NCBI GenBank assembly: GCA_039194325.1
Contig: JBCCWC010000007.1
Location: 64,001-128,000 of the forward strand
Reading direction: 5' to 3'
Source of the DNA: Myxococcota bacterium
Lineage (GTDB): Bacteria > Myxococcota_A > Polyangia > Nannocystales > Nannocystaceae
Length of the DNA: 64,000 bases
Shown: positions 19,392 through 28,400 of the stretch, piece after piece
Layout of the letters: every line of letters begins with the position of its first letter
Position numbering within the stretch: the stretch's first letter is position 1
Position numbers and translations under genes: made by a program
The notes under the pieces: model-generated
Seen by the model: only the letters and a program-made list of their open reading frames with translations
Database searches by the model: none
Told to the model about the DNA's origin: nothing

Positions 19392-20048
19392 TCAATGCAC
19401 TTCAGACTCGTTCGCCGCTCGGCGGGCGGCCCGATAACGCGCCCTGAGCTTGCGCTTGCGTCCAGGATACCCCCACGCGGGAATCGTCTCGGGGTCGAAA
19501 TCGAACGCCATGATGGTGCACTCGATGAGCAACTCCCACATGACGTTGGTACGCATCAATAGATCGTCGTCTTCGTCCTGGGGCTCCACCTCGCCCGTAC
19601 GAAGCTCATAGATCCGGCGCGACACCGCAGCCATGGCGGTCCATCGGCCGGTCAGCTTCTCGTCGAGCAGATCGAGCACCTCTGCGTCGGTCTTTTCTTG
19701 CCAGCTGGGCAGATCGAGCTCGTCGATCGGCCCGAGAACCTCTTCCTTGTGATAGAGGATGAGGTTGGAAATGAACATATGAGCGATCGAGCACCACCGG
19801 CAGCCCGTCCATAGACCAGCCATCGAGATGATCATCTGACCTTCGACTTGCCCAAAGCGCTTCTCCAGCTGAGTGGTGATCCGGAAGCCTTCCATCAACC
19901 ACCGCATGTAATCGATGGCACCGTACGTACGAACATAATCCTCTTGAAAGGGTACGATGATACCATAACCCACCTTAGAGAACAGATGCATGACCCAGAT
20001 GAACAATCGCTGGCCGATGGTCAGCCGGGGTTTGTCGAAGGCGCTCAA
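19392..20048 (-). CDS. Hypothetical protein with AhpD-like CxxC motif
   Basis: WTGCRWCSIAH resembles NGCxYCxxAH; TTG start overlaps the upstream TGA. Confidence 0.65.
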   Translation of the reverse strand: MSAFDKPRLTIGQRLFIWVMHLFSKVGYGIIVPFQEDYVRTYGAIDYMRWLMEGFRITTQLEKRFGQVEGQMIISMAGLWTGCRWCSIAHMFISNLILYHKEEVLGPIDELDLPSWQEKTDAEVLDLLDEKLTGRWTAMAAVSRRIYELRTGEVEPQDEDDDLLMRTNVMWELLIECTIMAFDFDPETIPAWGYPGRKRKLRARYRAARRAANESEVH

Positions 20049-20575
20049 GTTTCTGAATCCTTCTTGGCTGAATCCTTCTTGGCCGAGTCCTTCTTGCGAG
20101 CCAGGGACTTCAGTCGCATTCGACGCAGCCGCCCGCTGGGCGTGGTTTCGGACCGAGTCCGACGGTTCCACGAGGGACGACCGAGATCTTCGATGAGCTT
20201 CTCGGTACGGGTCTGCCGGCTCGACAGCCAGTCCTCGGCCTGCGCGCGGACATGGAAGGAGCGGGCGTTGGGATCCTCGGCCACGTGGGCGATCCACAGC
20301 GCCAAGCCCCGGTAGCGCGGGCGGCTGGCGATGAACGCGGTGCGAACTCGCCGGTCGGCCAACGCGCGCTGCAAGATCGCGAGGGATTCGCGCGCCTGAC
20401 GGGTGCACCCACTCACTTGCGTGAAATCCACCAGGAGCTCCCGATGGGGCTCTTTACCCCAAGGCAGTAGGATCTTCCAAAGTGCGGCGACTTGAGACTC
20501 GTCGATACCATCCTGAAACCTGACCAGCGCTCGGTGAGGATCCAGAGTATCGATTGTCAGTGACCCTTGAACCAC
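20045..20575 (-). CDS. STAS/SEC14 (SpoIIAA-like) domain protein
   Basis: LLVDFTQV..ARESL..RTAFIA..F...AEDWL pattern. Confidence 0.7.
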   Translation of the reverse strand: MVQGSLTIDTLDPHRALVRFQDGIDESQVAALWKILLPWGKEPHRELLVDFTQVSGCTRQARESLAILQRALADRRVRTAFIASRPRYRGLALWIAHVAEDPNARSFHVRAQAEDWLSSRQTRTEKLIEDLGRPSWNRRTRSETTPSGRLRRMRLKSLARKKDSAKKDSAKKDSET

Positions 20576-20713
20576 GAATTGCGCCCATCATAGGAGCGCC
20601 AATCCTCACCCGCAAACAGCTCGGTCCCGACAAGGCACTTAAGGGCCAACGGCCGCAAAATCACACCGGGATTTCGATTCCGAATGGGACAGGAATCCCG
20701 AGAGACGGAGTGT

Positions 20714-20894
20714 AAACCCACCGGCCGAGCGCACGAATCGAACCCATGGACCGAGCGCATGGACCAAGCGCATAGACCGAACGCACGGACCGAACGCACA
20801 GACCGAACGCACGGACCGAACCCACCGGCCGAACCCACCGGCCGAACCCACCGGCCGACCCCACCGGCCGACCCCACCGGCCGACCCCACCGCC
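20714..20894. repeat. 13-bp minisatellite, 14 diverging copies (GAACGCACGGACC to GACCCCACCGGCC)
   Basis: Exact 13-nt periodicity counted by hand. Confidence 0.9.
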
Positions 20895-21068
20895 GGAACG
20901 ATGGTCAGGCGACGAAGACCGGCCCGACAGCCTGCGCCGGGAGCCTCGTCCCCGCGCTTCGTCGCGCCTCGACTCCATGCGTGCGCGGAGCCATCGCCGC
21001 GGCCAGGGCCGGGTCACTGTAACGGAATCCCTCACAGTCCCGACACCTGGCCGCGGCGGCTCCGGGGG

Positions 21069-21962
21069 TCAGGGGGAACCGGCGGGCAGCACGAACCCCG
21101 CGCCGAGCAGCATCGAGCAGTACCAGTACGTGAACAGTAGATAGCTGCGATGGAGTGCCGATGGACGTTGGTCGAGTACCAGGCGCACGGCGATGAGCCA
21201 CGACAGCCCGGTGGTGAGCGCCTCGAAGGCCCAACTGACGGGCGTGGAGCGCAGCGGAGCGAACATCCACAAGTGGGTCAGCATGGGGAGCAGCGCGGCG
21301 AAGGCAAACGACAGGGCGCCGCACGCTCGGGGTAAGCCGTAGACGATAGGCATCGTACGCCGGCCCAGGGTGCGATCCCCGGCGACGTCGCGCAGATCTT
21401 GGATGTTGCAGAACACGAAGGCGACGAGCGCGAGCCCGGTGACCCACCGCCAGGAGATCGGGCTCATGGGGGCCACGATGGTCCAGGCGGCCGCAAGCTG
21501 AGCGATCACTCCCAGCCCCATGATGAGGCTCTTGGTGACGAAGTGGCGGGCGAACCCGGCGAAGTTGTACAGACAAAAGCACACCTGCCACATCAGGGCC
21601 CACCGAAGAACCCCCAGCAGCTCGCCCACGACAGCAAAGGCGAGCATGCCGACAACCCAGCGCACCCAGGCCCCGGCGACCGTGGTCATGCCGGCCGGTA
21701 GGGGACGATCCGGCTTGTTGAGCTGATCCTCACTCAGGCCGGTGATCTGGTTGGAGACGGCAAATGTGTAGACGTAGAGAAAGAAGTACACAAATGCCGC
21801 CACCAGAGTCGACAGATCGACTCGGCCGACGCTGCGTGAGGCCGCGACCACAAAGAGCATCCCCGGCATCACCGTGGACGAGAAGTCGTAGCGAACGAAC
21901 CCCCAGGACAGGCGAAGCTCGTGCGCGATCCAGCGACTGTAGGTGGATGTCGACTGGATCAT
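21069..21962 (-). CDS. UbiA-superfamily membrane protein, terpene-cyclase type
   Basis: NQITGLSED...NKPDRPLPAG and QDLRDVAGD motifs; multiple TM helices; starts 1 nt after the GGPPS stop. Confidence 0.85.
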   Translation of the reverse strand: MIQSTSTYSRWIAHELRLSWGFVRYDFSSTVMPGMLFVVAASRSVGRVDLSTLVAAFVYFFLYVYTFAVSNQITGLSEDQLNKPDRPLPAGMTTVAGAWVRWVVGMLAFAVVGELLGVLRWALMWQVCFCLYNFAGFARHFVTKSLIMGLGVIAQLAAAWTIVAPMSPISWRWVTGLALVAFVFCNIQDLRDVAGDRTLGRRTMPIVYGLPRACGALSFAFAALLPMLTHLWMFAPLRSTPVSWAFEALTTGLSWLIAVRLVLDQRPSALHRSYLLFTYWYCSMLLGAGFVLPAGSP

Positions 21963-21963
21963 T

Positions 21964-22935
21964 TCACGCCGCTCCCTGGCAGTAGTGCACCAAGGCGCAC
22001 TCGACCTCGTCGATGACCGCGATGATCGCCTCCGGAACCGGCGTGCAGGCCCGGGCGCAGGCCCGCGCTTGCTCGAGGTTGGTCTGCAGCCGCAAGCGCG
22101 TAGCCCCTTCGCCGTACATGATGACCGCATTGGGCCGCCCGAGCGCGGCATCACGGCCGACCGGCTTGCCGCTATCGCCACCGCCGCCGCCACCGCCACG
22201 ATCACTCGAGCAGCAGTCGAGAAGATCATCGGCCAGCTGGAACGCCGCGCCCAGCCAGTGCCCGATCTGACCCCACTGCTCGAAGAAGCATTCTCCCGAG
22301 GCAAGGGCCCCGATCTCGGCCGCAAAGCAGAATAGTGAGGTCGTCTTGAGATGATGGTATCGGCGTAGATCGACGGCTGCCGGGCCGGGGGCACCCGAAG
22401 CGCCGACCGGCCGCTCGCACTCCATCGCCTGCCCGCCGATGATTCCGCGGACCGCCCCGGTGGCGAGGGCCAGCTCGCGACAAAGGGCGAGCGCTCGCTC
22501 CGGATACGGGCCCGGCTCGGCCAGCAGCTCGAAGGCCAGGGTCAGCAGGGCATCACCGACCAGGACCGCCAGCGGCACCCCGTACTCGGCGTGCACGGTG
22601 GCTCGCCCCCGACGGATCGGGGCGTCGTCGAAGCAGGGAAGGTCGTCGTGGACCAGCGAAGCACAGTGGATGAGCTCGACCGCACATGCGGCCCGCAGCG
22701 CCAGCTCGCGCTCGGCGGCGGTCTCGGCCTGAACCATCGCGATGGTCAGGGCCAGGCGAGGCCGGACGCGACGTCCGCCGGGAAACACCGCGTGGTGCAT
22801 CGCCCGATGCAACCAGGGGGAGTTGGGGCCCAGCGGGGGGAGGGCCAGGGCGAGACCTCGCTCGATGGAGGACTCGGCATCGTCGGAGTATTTCCACTGC
22901 CAAGGGGGGCTTGGGGGGACTGGGTATACATCCAT
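21964..22935 (-). CDS. Polyprenyl (GGPP/FPP) synthase, CrtE-like
   Basis: GGRRVRP, HDDLPCFDD, RRG, GQ, KT, FQLADDLLD; start uncertain. Confidence 0.9.
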   Translation of the reverse strand: MDVYPVPPSPPWQWKYSDDAESSIERGLALALPPLGPNSPWLHRAMHHAVFPGGRRVRPRLALTIAMVQAETAAERELALRAACAVELIHCASLVHDDLPCFDDAPIRRGRATVHAEYGVPLAVLVGDALLTLAFELLAEPGPYPERALALCRELALATGAVRGIIGGQAMECERPVGASGAPGPAAVDLRRYHHLKTTSLFCFAAEIGALASGECFFEQWGQIGHWLGAAFQLADDLLDCCSSDRGGGGGGGDSGKPVGRDAALGRPNAVIMYGEGATRLRLQTNLEQARACARACTPVPEAIIAVIDEVECALVHYCQGAA

Positions 22936-23161
22936 TGTTACACCGAAACTCAGCATGGTGCACACACGGTCGCCGTGCCACCTCTTATGCGGGCCCATTC
23001 GAGTAATCGTGCAAAAAAGGAGATTCACCTACGGTGTCAGATTTCGGTCAGCAGAGGTGTTTCCCGGTGACAAATGATTGACTCGGGGTATGTCGTAAGA
23101 TTGACAGTGAGGGGAACGACCGAGCTCCATTCACTGATTCGATGCGGCGGCCCCGCGGCCG

Positions 23162-23268
23162 CAGATTGGTGTTTTTGGGCAGTGTTGATGCTTTCGGGCA
23201 GTGTTGGTGCTTTCGGACAGTGCTGGTGCTTTCGGACAGTGCTGGTGCTTTCGGACAGTGCTGGTGCT
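23162..23268. repeat. 19-bp tandem repeat (CAGTGCTGGTGCTTTCGGA x~5.5)
   Basis: Directly visible upstream of the GGPPS gene. Confidence 0.9.
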
Positions 23269-23708
23269 CGCCGAGAACCACACTCTGCGAACCGCTACGA
23301 CTAGCCCGCTTGTCATGGTCGAGACTGTCGAGTTCGTCGAACTCGTCGAACTCGTCGAAGCTCACGAGATCCGGATATAGGCTCATCAGTCCAACGACCA
23401 TATCGAGGATCTCTGGGTCACTCTCGTGCTGAATCGATGCGCATCCCAATGCCTCGCGAGCCACCATTCGCCGCGGCCATCGGGTCGCGCTCGTCACTTT
23501 ATGAGCACGGACGGCCAGGGCTACGAGATTCGGGCCCGAGGCAAGCTCAAGCCGAACCGGACATCGAGCGCGTTGGGAGCTCGCGGTCGTCGCCGGGTGC
23601 GCGAGCGCTTCGGCCGATCACGCCCTGCGAGCATGGATCCAGCCGCGTGGCCCCCGATCGAACCCATGACTGGCAAGAAGGTCGGGTTCGCGCGATCCTG
23701 ATCCCCCA

Positions 23709-24323
23709 GTGCTGAAGGCCTTCATCACCCTCTTGCTCCTCGCCTTCGCCGGCCTCGCGATCGCGTTCGTGATCTCGTCGGGTGCGCTGTCGCTCGCGCT
23801 GAGGATGATGTCGCGGGTCTTCGTGAGCGGTCGACGACGCCCAACCCCCACGGTGCGCCGAGGAGGCGGGCTGGTGAGACTACCCGAAGATCTCGCCGGG
23901 CTCGTGCGGAGCCAGCGGCAGCTCGAGGCGGCCATCACCGACCTGCGCGAGCTCTCACCCACGTACCACCGCTCGTCACAGATCGAGCACACCGGCATTC
24001 GAGACGATCGCCGGCACCAGGCGCTACGACGAGACTACGAAGACGCGGTGATCCACGCGACCCGAGCCATGGACCAGTGGCGCACCTGCCTTGGCGCGCT
24101 CGATCCACGAGGACGGGCCCGACTCGAGACGCTCGGGTCGGTGCCCGACGTGCACGGAGTGCTAGAAGATTTTCGCTGGCTCCCTCGGCACGTGTACCAG
24201 GTGGGTCACCTGCATTTTCGTAGCGACCAAGAGGCGTTCGAGCGGCGACTGTTCGCGCTGGGCGACCAGCTCCGACCATTCGAAGAGGCGCTGACCTACG
24301 AGCGCACGCAGGCCTATCGCTAG
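23709..24323 (+). CDS. Hypothetical protein with N-terminal membrane anchor
   Basis: Hydrophobic N-terminus; coding-like composition. Confidence 0.6.
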   Translation: MLKAFITLLLLAFAGLAIAFVISSGALSLALRMMSRVFVSGRRRPTPTVRRGGGLVRLPEDLAGLVRSQRQLEAAITDLRELSPTYHRSSQIEHTGIRDDRRHQALRRDYEDAVIHATRAMDQWRTCLGALDPRGRARLETLGSVPDVHGVLEDFRWLPRHVYQVGHLHFRSDQEAFERRLFALGDQLRPFEEALTYERTQAYR

Positions 24324-24353
24324 GCCGACGTGGGCGGCGAGAGCCGGTCTCAT

Positions 24354-24854
24354 TCACATCCTCACCGCCCGGGCGGTGTACCGATGCCTCCACCCGGCTC
24401 GAATCCCGGTCCTATCGTTATGAGTGAGTATTCTTCCACCGAGCCTCCAGCCGTCGACGATCTGGCAGTTCGGCGCGAGCGAATCCCTATGACGCCAGAA
24501 GAAGCTGGTGCAGGTCGGGCAGATCTTTCTAGATGCCGCAAGGCCCCAGACGAGCACCCCCCGCTCTCTCGCCTGGAGCACGACACTAACCTCTGCATGG
24601 TATGGATCTCGGGACATGATGACTCCCAAGCGCTGGAGAGTGGGGTTGTTTCGGATTATCGGTGGAATCAACCGGTCGTTATTCAATCCGATTTCATCAT
24701 ATGAACTGCTGTTGATGCCGAGAACCAGGTCGACGTGAAATGGGTTGGGGCCGATCGCCCCGACGGCAATCGTGTCAAATCCCCTATTCCCCAAGAGGTT
24801 GTGGGCGACATCGGCAAGGAAGAGGAGGTGCTCTTTGGTAGGCAAGGCTGGCAT
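24354..24854 (-). CDS. Stand-alone Zn-dependent nucleic acid/nucleotide deaminase-like protein
   Basis: YHAEV...LAASRKICPTC (HxE plus CxxC); AAGGA RBS 7 nt upstream; lower GC than neighbours. Confidence 0.7.
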   Translation of the reverse strand: MPALPTKEHLLFLADVAHNLLGNRGFDTIAVGAIGPNPFHVDLVLGINSSSYDEIGLNNDRLIPPIIRNNPTLQRLGVIMSRDPYHAEVSVVLQARERGVLVWGLAASRKICPTCTSFFWRHRDSLAPNCQIVDGWRLGGRILTHNDRTGIRAGWRHRYTARAVRM

Positions 24855-25035
24855 GTCGATGTCCTTCGTCGTGCGAATATTCGTCGATTGCGTGCGGCAT
24901 CATTCGGGTCAGCAATCGGGAACCCTGCTGAAGCCGGCAGCTGTCGAGCACGAGCCTCACCACCGCTCGCGCGTTTTGGGCGTGTGGCCGGCCGGCTACG
25001 ATCAGCGGTCACGGGAGCCAGGCGGTTTGATTGCC

Positions 25036-25067
25036 TCGGATCGGATCGGATCGGATCGGATCGGATC
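25036..25067. repeat. Microsatellite (TCGGA)6
   Basis: Directly visible. Confidence 0.9.
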
Positions 25068-25198
25068 CGTGGTCGTGATCATTTTCTAGGTCGGACGCGC
25101 GATGCCACGCACGCTCGACGGACCGAGTCGTTCGAGCACGCCGCTCCTAGCAAAGAGCGCGGGACCTGACGCGGTGTACCATCGGCCCACGGACGCTC

Positions 25199-25564
25199 AT
25201 GAGCCCCTCGTCGAACCCGCTTGTGCCTGGCGCCCCGCCCCCCTTGCGCATGAACAAACCGAGCGAGATCGCCGCCCTGATGCACGCGCAGTGGGATCTG
25301 GGCCTGTCGAGCGGCGTGCTCGTCGCCAACCCCGTGCCCGAAGCCGACGCCATGGATCCCGAGCAGGTCGAGCGCGCGATCACCCGCGCGCTGGCCGACG
25401 CCGAGACCCACGGCGTCACCGGCAAGGACGTCACTCCCTACCTGCTGGCCCGCATCGTCGAGCTCACCGGCGAGCAGAGCCTGCGCAGCAACATCGCCCT
25501 GGTCAAGAACAACGCCCGGCTGGCCGCCCAGATCGCAGACGCGTTCCACCGGCAACTGTCGTAG
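25199..25564 (+). pseudogene. psuG: Pseudouridine-5'-phosphate glycosidase, C-terminal fragment
   Basis: GVLVANPVP, GVTGKDVTPYLL, TGEQSLRSNIALVKNNARLAAQIA; N-terminal two-thirds absent. Confidence 0.85.
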
Positions 25565-25710
25565 CCAGGCCACGACAGCCAGGCCGCTCGAATGACCGTC
25601 CGCCATCGGTCGTCGTCCTCGGCTCGTCACGTGCCCAAGGGCCACCACTGGAATTACAGTTCTTTTCCTCGCGAGGATTTCTGGCGCCACGATTGCTTCT
25701 GACATGAGGC

Positions 25711-26910
25711 GTGAACAGGAGTTCTTCCCTTGGCCTTAGCCTTATCGCCACCGCCTTGCTCGTTGCCTGCGGCGGCTCGCTCCGTGACAACACGGACCTG
25801 ATCCCGGAGGGTGAGGAGCTCGACCCGAGCCTCTTCGACGACGAGGGCAAGGACGAAGGAGGCAACGGCGGCGACGACCATGGCGACCATGGCGACCATG
25901 GAGACAATGGCGACGACGGAGACGACGGCCTCGGTGCCGCCGACGACGGTGGTGGCCCCGAGTGCATCAGCGAGCGCTTCGATCTGGCGGCCGAGCCGCC
26001 GTCGGTGATGCTGGTCCTCGACAAGTCCTCGAGCATGAGCGACCAGCGCTGGCTCGACCAGGGTGAGCCGGTCACCCGCTGGCACAGCCTGTACGGCGTA
26101 GTCTCGGATCTGGTCACCACCTACGACTCCACCATCGACTTCGGCGCCACCTTGTTCCCGGCCGCCGAGTCCGGCCGCTACGATCAGGGATTTGCGGCCG
26201 CGTGCCGCGTGGCCGAGGCGCCCGACGTACCGACCGGCCCGGAGGCGAGCGCGGCCATCCTCGACGCGATCCCCGGCCCCGACGTAGCGGTGCAGGGGGC
26301 GACCCCGGCCAGCGCCGGCATGATGACTGCCCTACAGCACCTGGCCCTGGCCGAAGAGGGTCCGCGGGCCGTCCTGCTGGTCACCGACGGCCTGGCCAAC
26401 TGCGCCCACCAGGAAGGCAGCGAGATGTTCCTCTACGACGAGGGCCTGCCGGTGGTCGTCGAGGCCGCGTACGAAGAGCTCGGGATCCCCACCTACGTGG
26501 TCGGCATCGACATCCGCGACGAGCATGTCGACTATGCCAACGCCAACGCGCACGAGGAGCTCGACCACGTCGCGCGCGTGGGGGGCGTCCCCCGCGAAGG
26601 GGGCACCGCCTACTACGCAGCCAACGACGTCGAGGCCCTCGACCAGGCCATGGATCAGATCGCCGCTCGCATCGAGTGCACCGTGCCCCTAAGCACGCCC
26701 GTGCCCGAGGACGCCGACTTCGAGATCACGGTCGACGACACCCCGATGCCCGAGGTGTCCGACTGCGCCGCCGAAGATGGCTGGCGCTTCACCGACCCGG
26801 CCCAGCGCTCGACCATCGAGCTTTGTGGCCAGGCATGCGACGCACTGCGGGTCCACGGCCAAATGGAGCTTCGCGTATGTGAAAAGGGGACGATCACCCC
26901 CGTGCCGTGA
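25711..26910 (+). CDS. VWA-domain lipoprotein (CglB-like myxobacterial family)
   Basis: Lipobox LVAC, MIDAS VLDKSSSM, GATP, LVTDG, Cys-rich C-terminus. Confidence 0.85.
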   Translation: MNRSSSLGLSLIATALLVACGGSLRDNTDLIPEGEELDPSLFDDEGKDEGGNGGDDHGDHGDHGDNGDDGDDGLGAADDGGGPECISERFDLAAEPPSVMLVLDKSSSMSDQRWLDQGEPVTRWHSLYGVVSDLVTTYDSTIDFGATLFPAAESGRYDQGFAAACRVAEAPDVPTGPEASAAILDAIPGPDVAVQGATPASAGMMTALQHLALAEEGPRAVLLVTDGLANCAHQEGSEMFLYDEGLPVVVEAAYEELGIPTYVVGIDIRDEHVDYANANAHEELDHVARVGGVPREGGTAYYAANDVEALDQAMDQIAARIECTVPLSTPVPEDADFEITVDDTPMPEVSDCAAEDGWRFTDPAQRSTIELCGQACDALRVHGQMELRVCEKGTITPVP

Positions 26911-26939
26911 GAGCCGGGGATCGCCCCGACCCACGACCG

Positions 26940-26976
26940 GCGTCGCGACGGACCCCCCTCCGTCGCGGCGCTTTTT
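26940..26976 (+). terminator. Rho-independent terminator
   Basis: 13-bp stem GCGTCGCGACGGA/TCCGTCGCGGCGC, C6 loop, followed by T5. Confidence 0.75.
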
Positions 26977-27274
26977 CATTGACAGTCGCGCGATTACGGT
27001 GCGCGGTCGTCAATTGCACCATCGAAGGCTCGGGCGGAGGCTCGGGCGGAGGCTCGGGCGAAGCGCCGGATCGCCCTCCGGTGACGCTCACCACCCGGAC
27101 CACCAGCGAAAAGAACGCGCTACGAGCCATTACGCGCCGCTTACACTTCGTGCACTGCGGACCGACCGACACGGTGCATGATGCTCTTGTACCAAACCTC
27201 GACGGCCGCGAGCTCCCGGTGAGATCCGAAGGACTCGAATGTGCCAGTCCATTCCTCTGTGAAAGACCTCCACC

Positions 27275-28312
27275 ATGACCAAGTGGTTCCTCATTGCAGC
27301 TCTTCCCCTGACGCTGTGCACCTTCGGCTGCGACAGCAACCCCGACCCTGAGCTGGAGCCAGACAGCGACCTGCTCGAGCGACAGCAGGTCGACGCCGAG
27401 CAAACTAGCCGCGAGCGTGGCCGGCGAAACGGCCCCCCCGCCGAGCGGATCTGCAGCCTCGTCGAGTGCTCGACGGACCAGGAGGCTCGGATCCAGGCAT
27501 TGTTTGGCAAGGCCCATATCGACGGGCCCAAGCGGGACAACTCCGCCAACAAAGCGGCCAAGGCAGCCCTCGCGGTGAAGTTTCGCACCGACACTCTGAC
27601 CGCTGATGACATCGAGACCTATCACGCCGCCATGATGGCGAGCCGGCGGGATGCTCACGCCAACGGCACGAGCCGACTAGATGCGCTGGTCGAGCTTCAT
27701 GACATTCTGACGCCGGGACAGCGCTCGCTGCTGGCCGATGAGCTCGAGCACCGCGGGCTCGGACTGCTCGGCAAGCACGGCAAGCACGGCAAGCACGGCA
27801 AGCGCGGCAAACACGGCGACTTGGGTCGACCGGGCGAGCGCGAAGGTGAAGGCCGTCCGGACCGCTCGCATCGGCGAGTCGAAAAACTGTGCGGGACGCT
27901 CGAGTGCACCGAAGAGCAACGGGCTCAGTTCACCGCGCTGTTCGAGGCCAAGCGGGGCGAGCGACGCGACATGACGGCCGAAGCGAAGGCCGAGCGGGAC
28001 GACAAGAGGTCTCACAAGAAGGCCGCTGCACTGGCGCTGGCGACCGCATTTCGAGCCGAGTCGTTCTCTGCGGCCAACATCGACGCCTTCGATGAGGCCA
28101 TGGCGATGCACCGAGGTAAGGAACGACAAGAAGAAAAAGCCGCGTGCGCCGAGCGGAAGGCGCAGACCGTCCTGGAGATCCACGCCCTGTTGACCCCGGA
28201 GCAGCGCGACCTGGCGGCCACGTTGATCGAAGACAGGGGGATCGGTGCACTCCTGGGCAAGCGGGGCAAGCGAGGCAAGCGAGGCAAGCGGGGCAAGAAG
28301 CTCTACGGCTAA
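27275..28312 (+). CDS. Lipoprotein with duplicated Spy/CpxP-like (LTxxQ) domain
   Basis: Lipobox TFGC; HDILTPGQR and HALLTPEQR; GKH/GKR repeats. Confidence 0.75.
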   Translation: MTKWFLIAALPLTLCTFGCDSNPDPELEPDSDLLERQQVDAEQTSRERGRRNGPPAERICSLVECSTDQEARIQALFGKAHIDGPKRDNSANKAAKAALAVKFRTDTLTADDIETYHAAMMASRRDAHANGTSRLDALVELHDILTPGQRSLLADELEHRGLGLLGKHGKHGKHGKRGKHGDLGRPGEREGEGRPDRSHRRVEKLCGTLECTEEQRAQFTALFEAKRGERRDMTAEAKAERDDKRSHKKAAALALATAFRAESFSAANIDAFDEAMAMHRGKERQEEKAACAERKAQTVLEIHALLTPEQRDLAATLIEDRGIGALLGKRGKRGKRGKRGKKLYG

Positions 28313-28400
28313 TCACCACGCGGGCTTTAGTTTGGCGCAGGCCATCGAGGAGTCGCTCGTCGGGCAGACGAGTGACTCCTCGATGCGTTGACCCGGCCCG

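Noticed and set aside
20714..20894. CRISPR array or coding repeat
   Set aside because: Contiguous 13-mers with no unique spacers; the overlapping ORFs are low-complexity artefacts.
23048..23497. 149-aa ORF with HQHCPK repeats
   Set aside because: The repeats derive from the 19-bp VNTR read through shifting frames; no recognisable domain.
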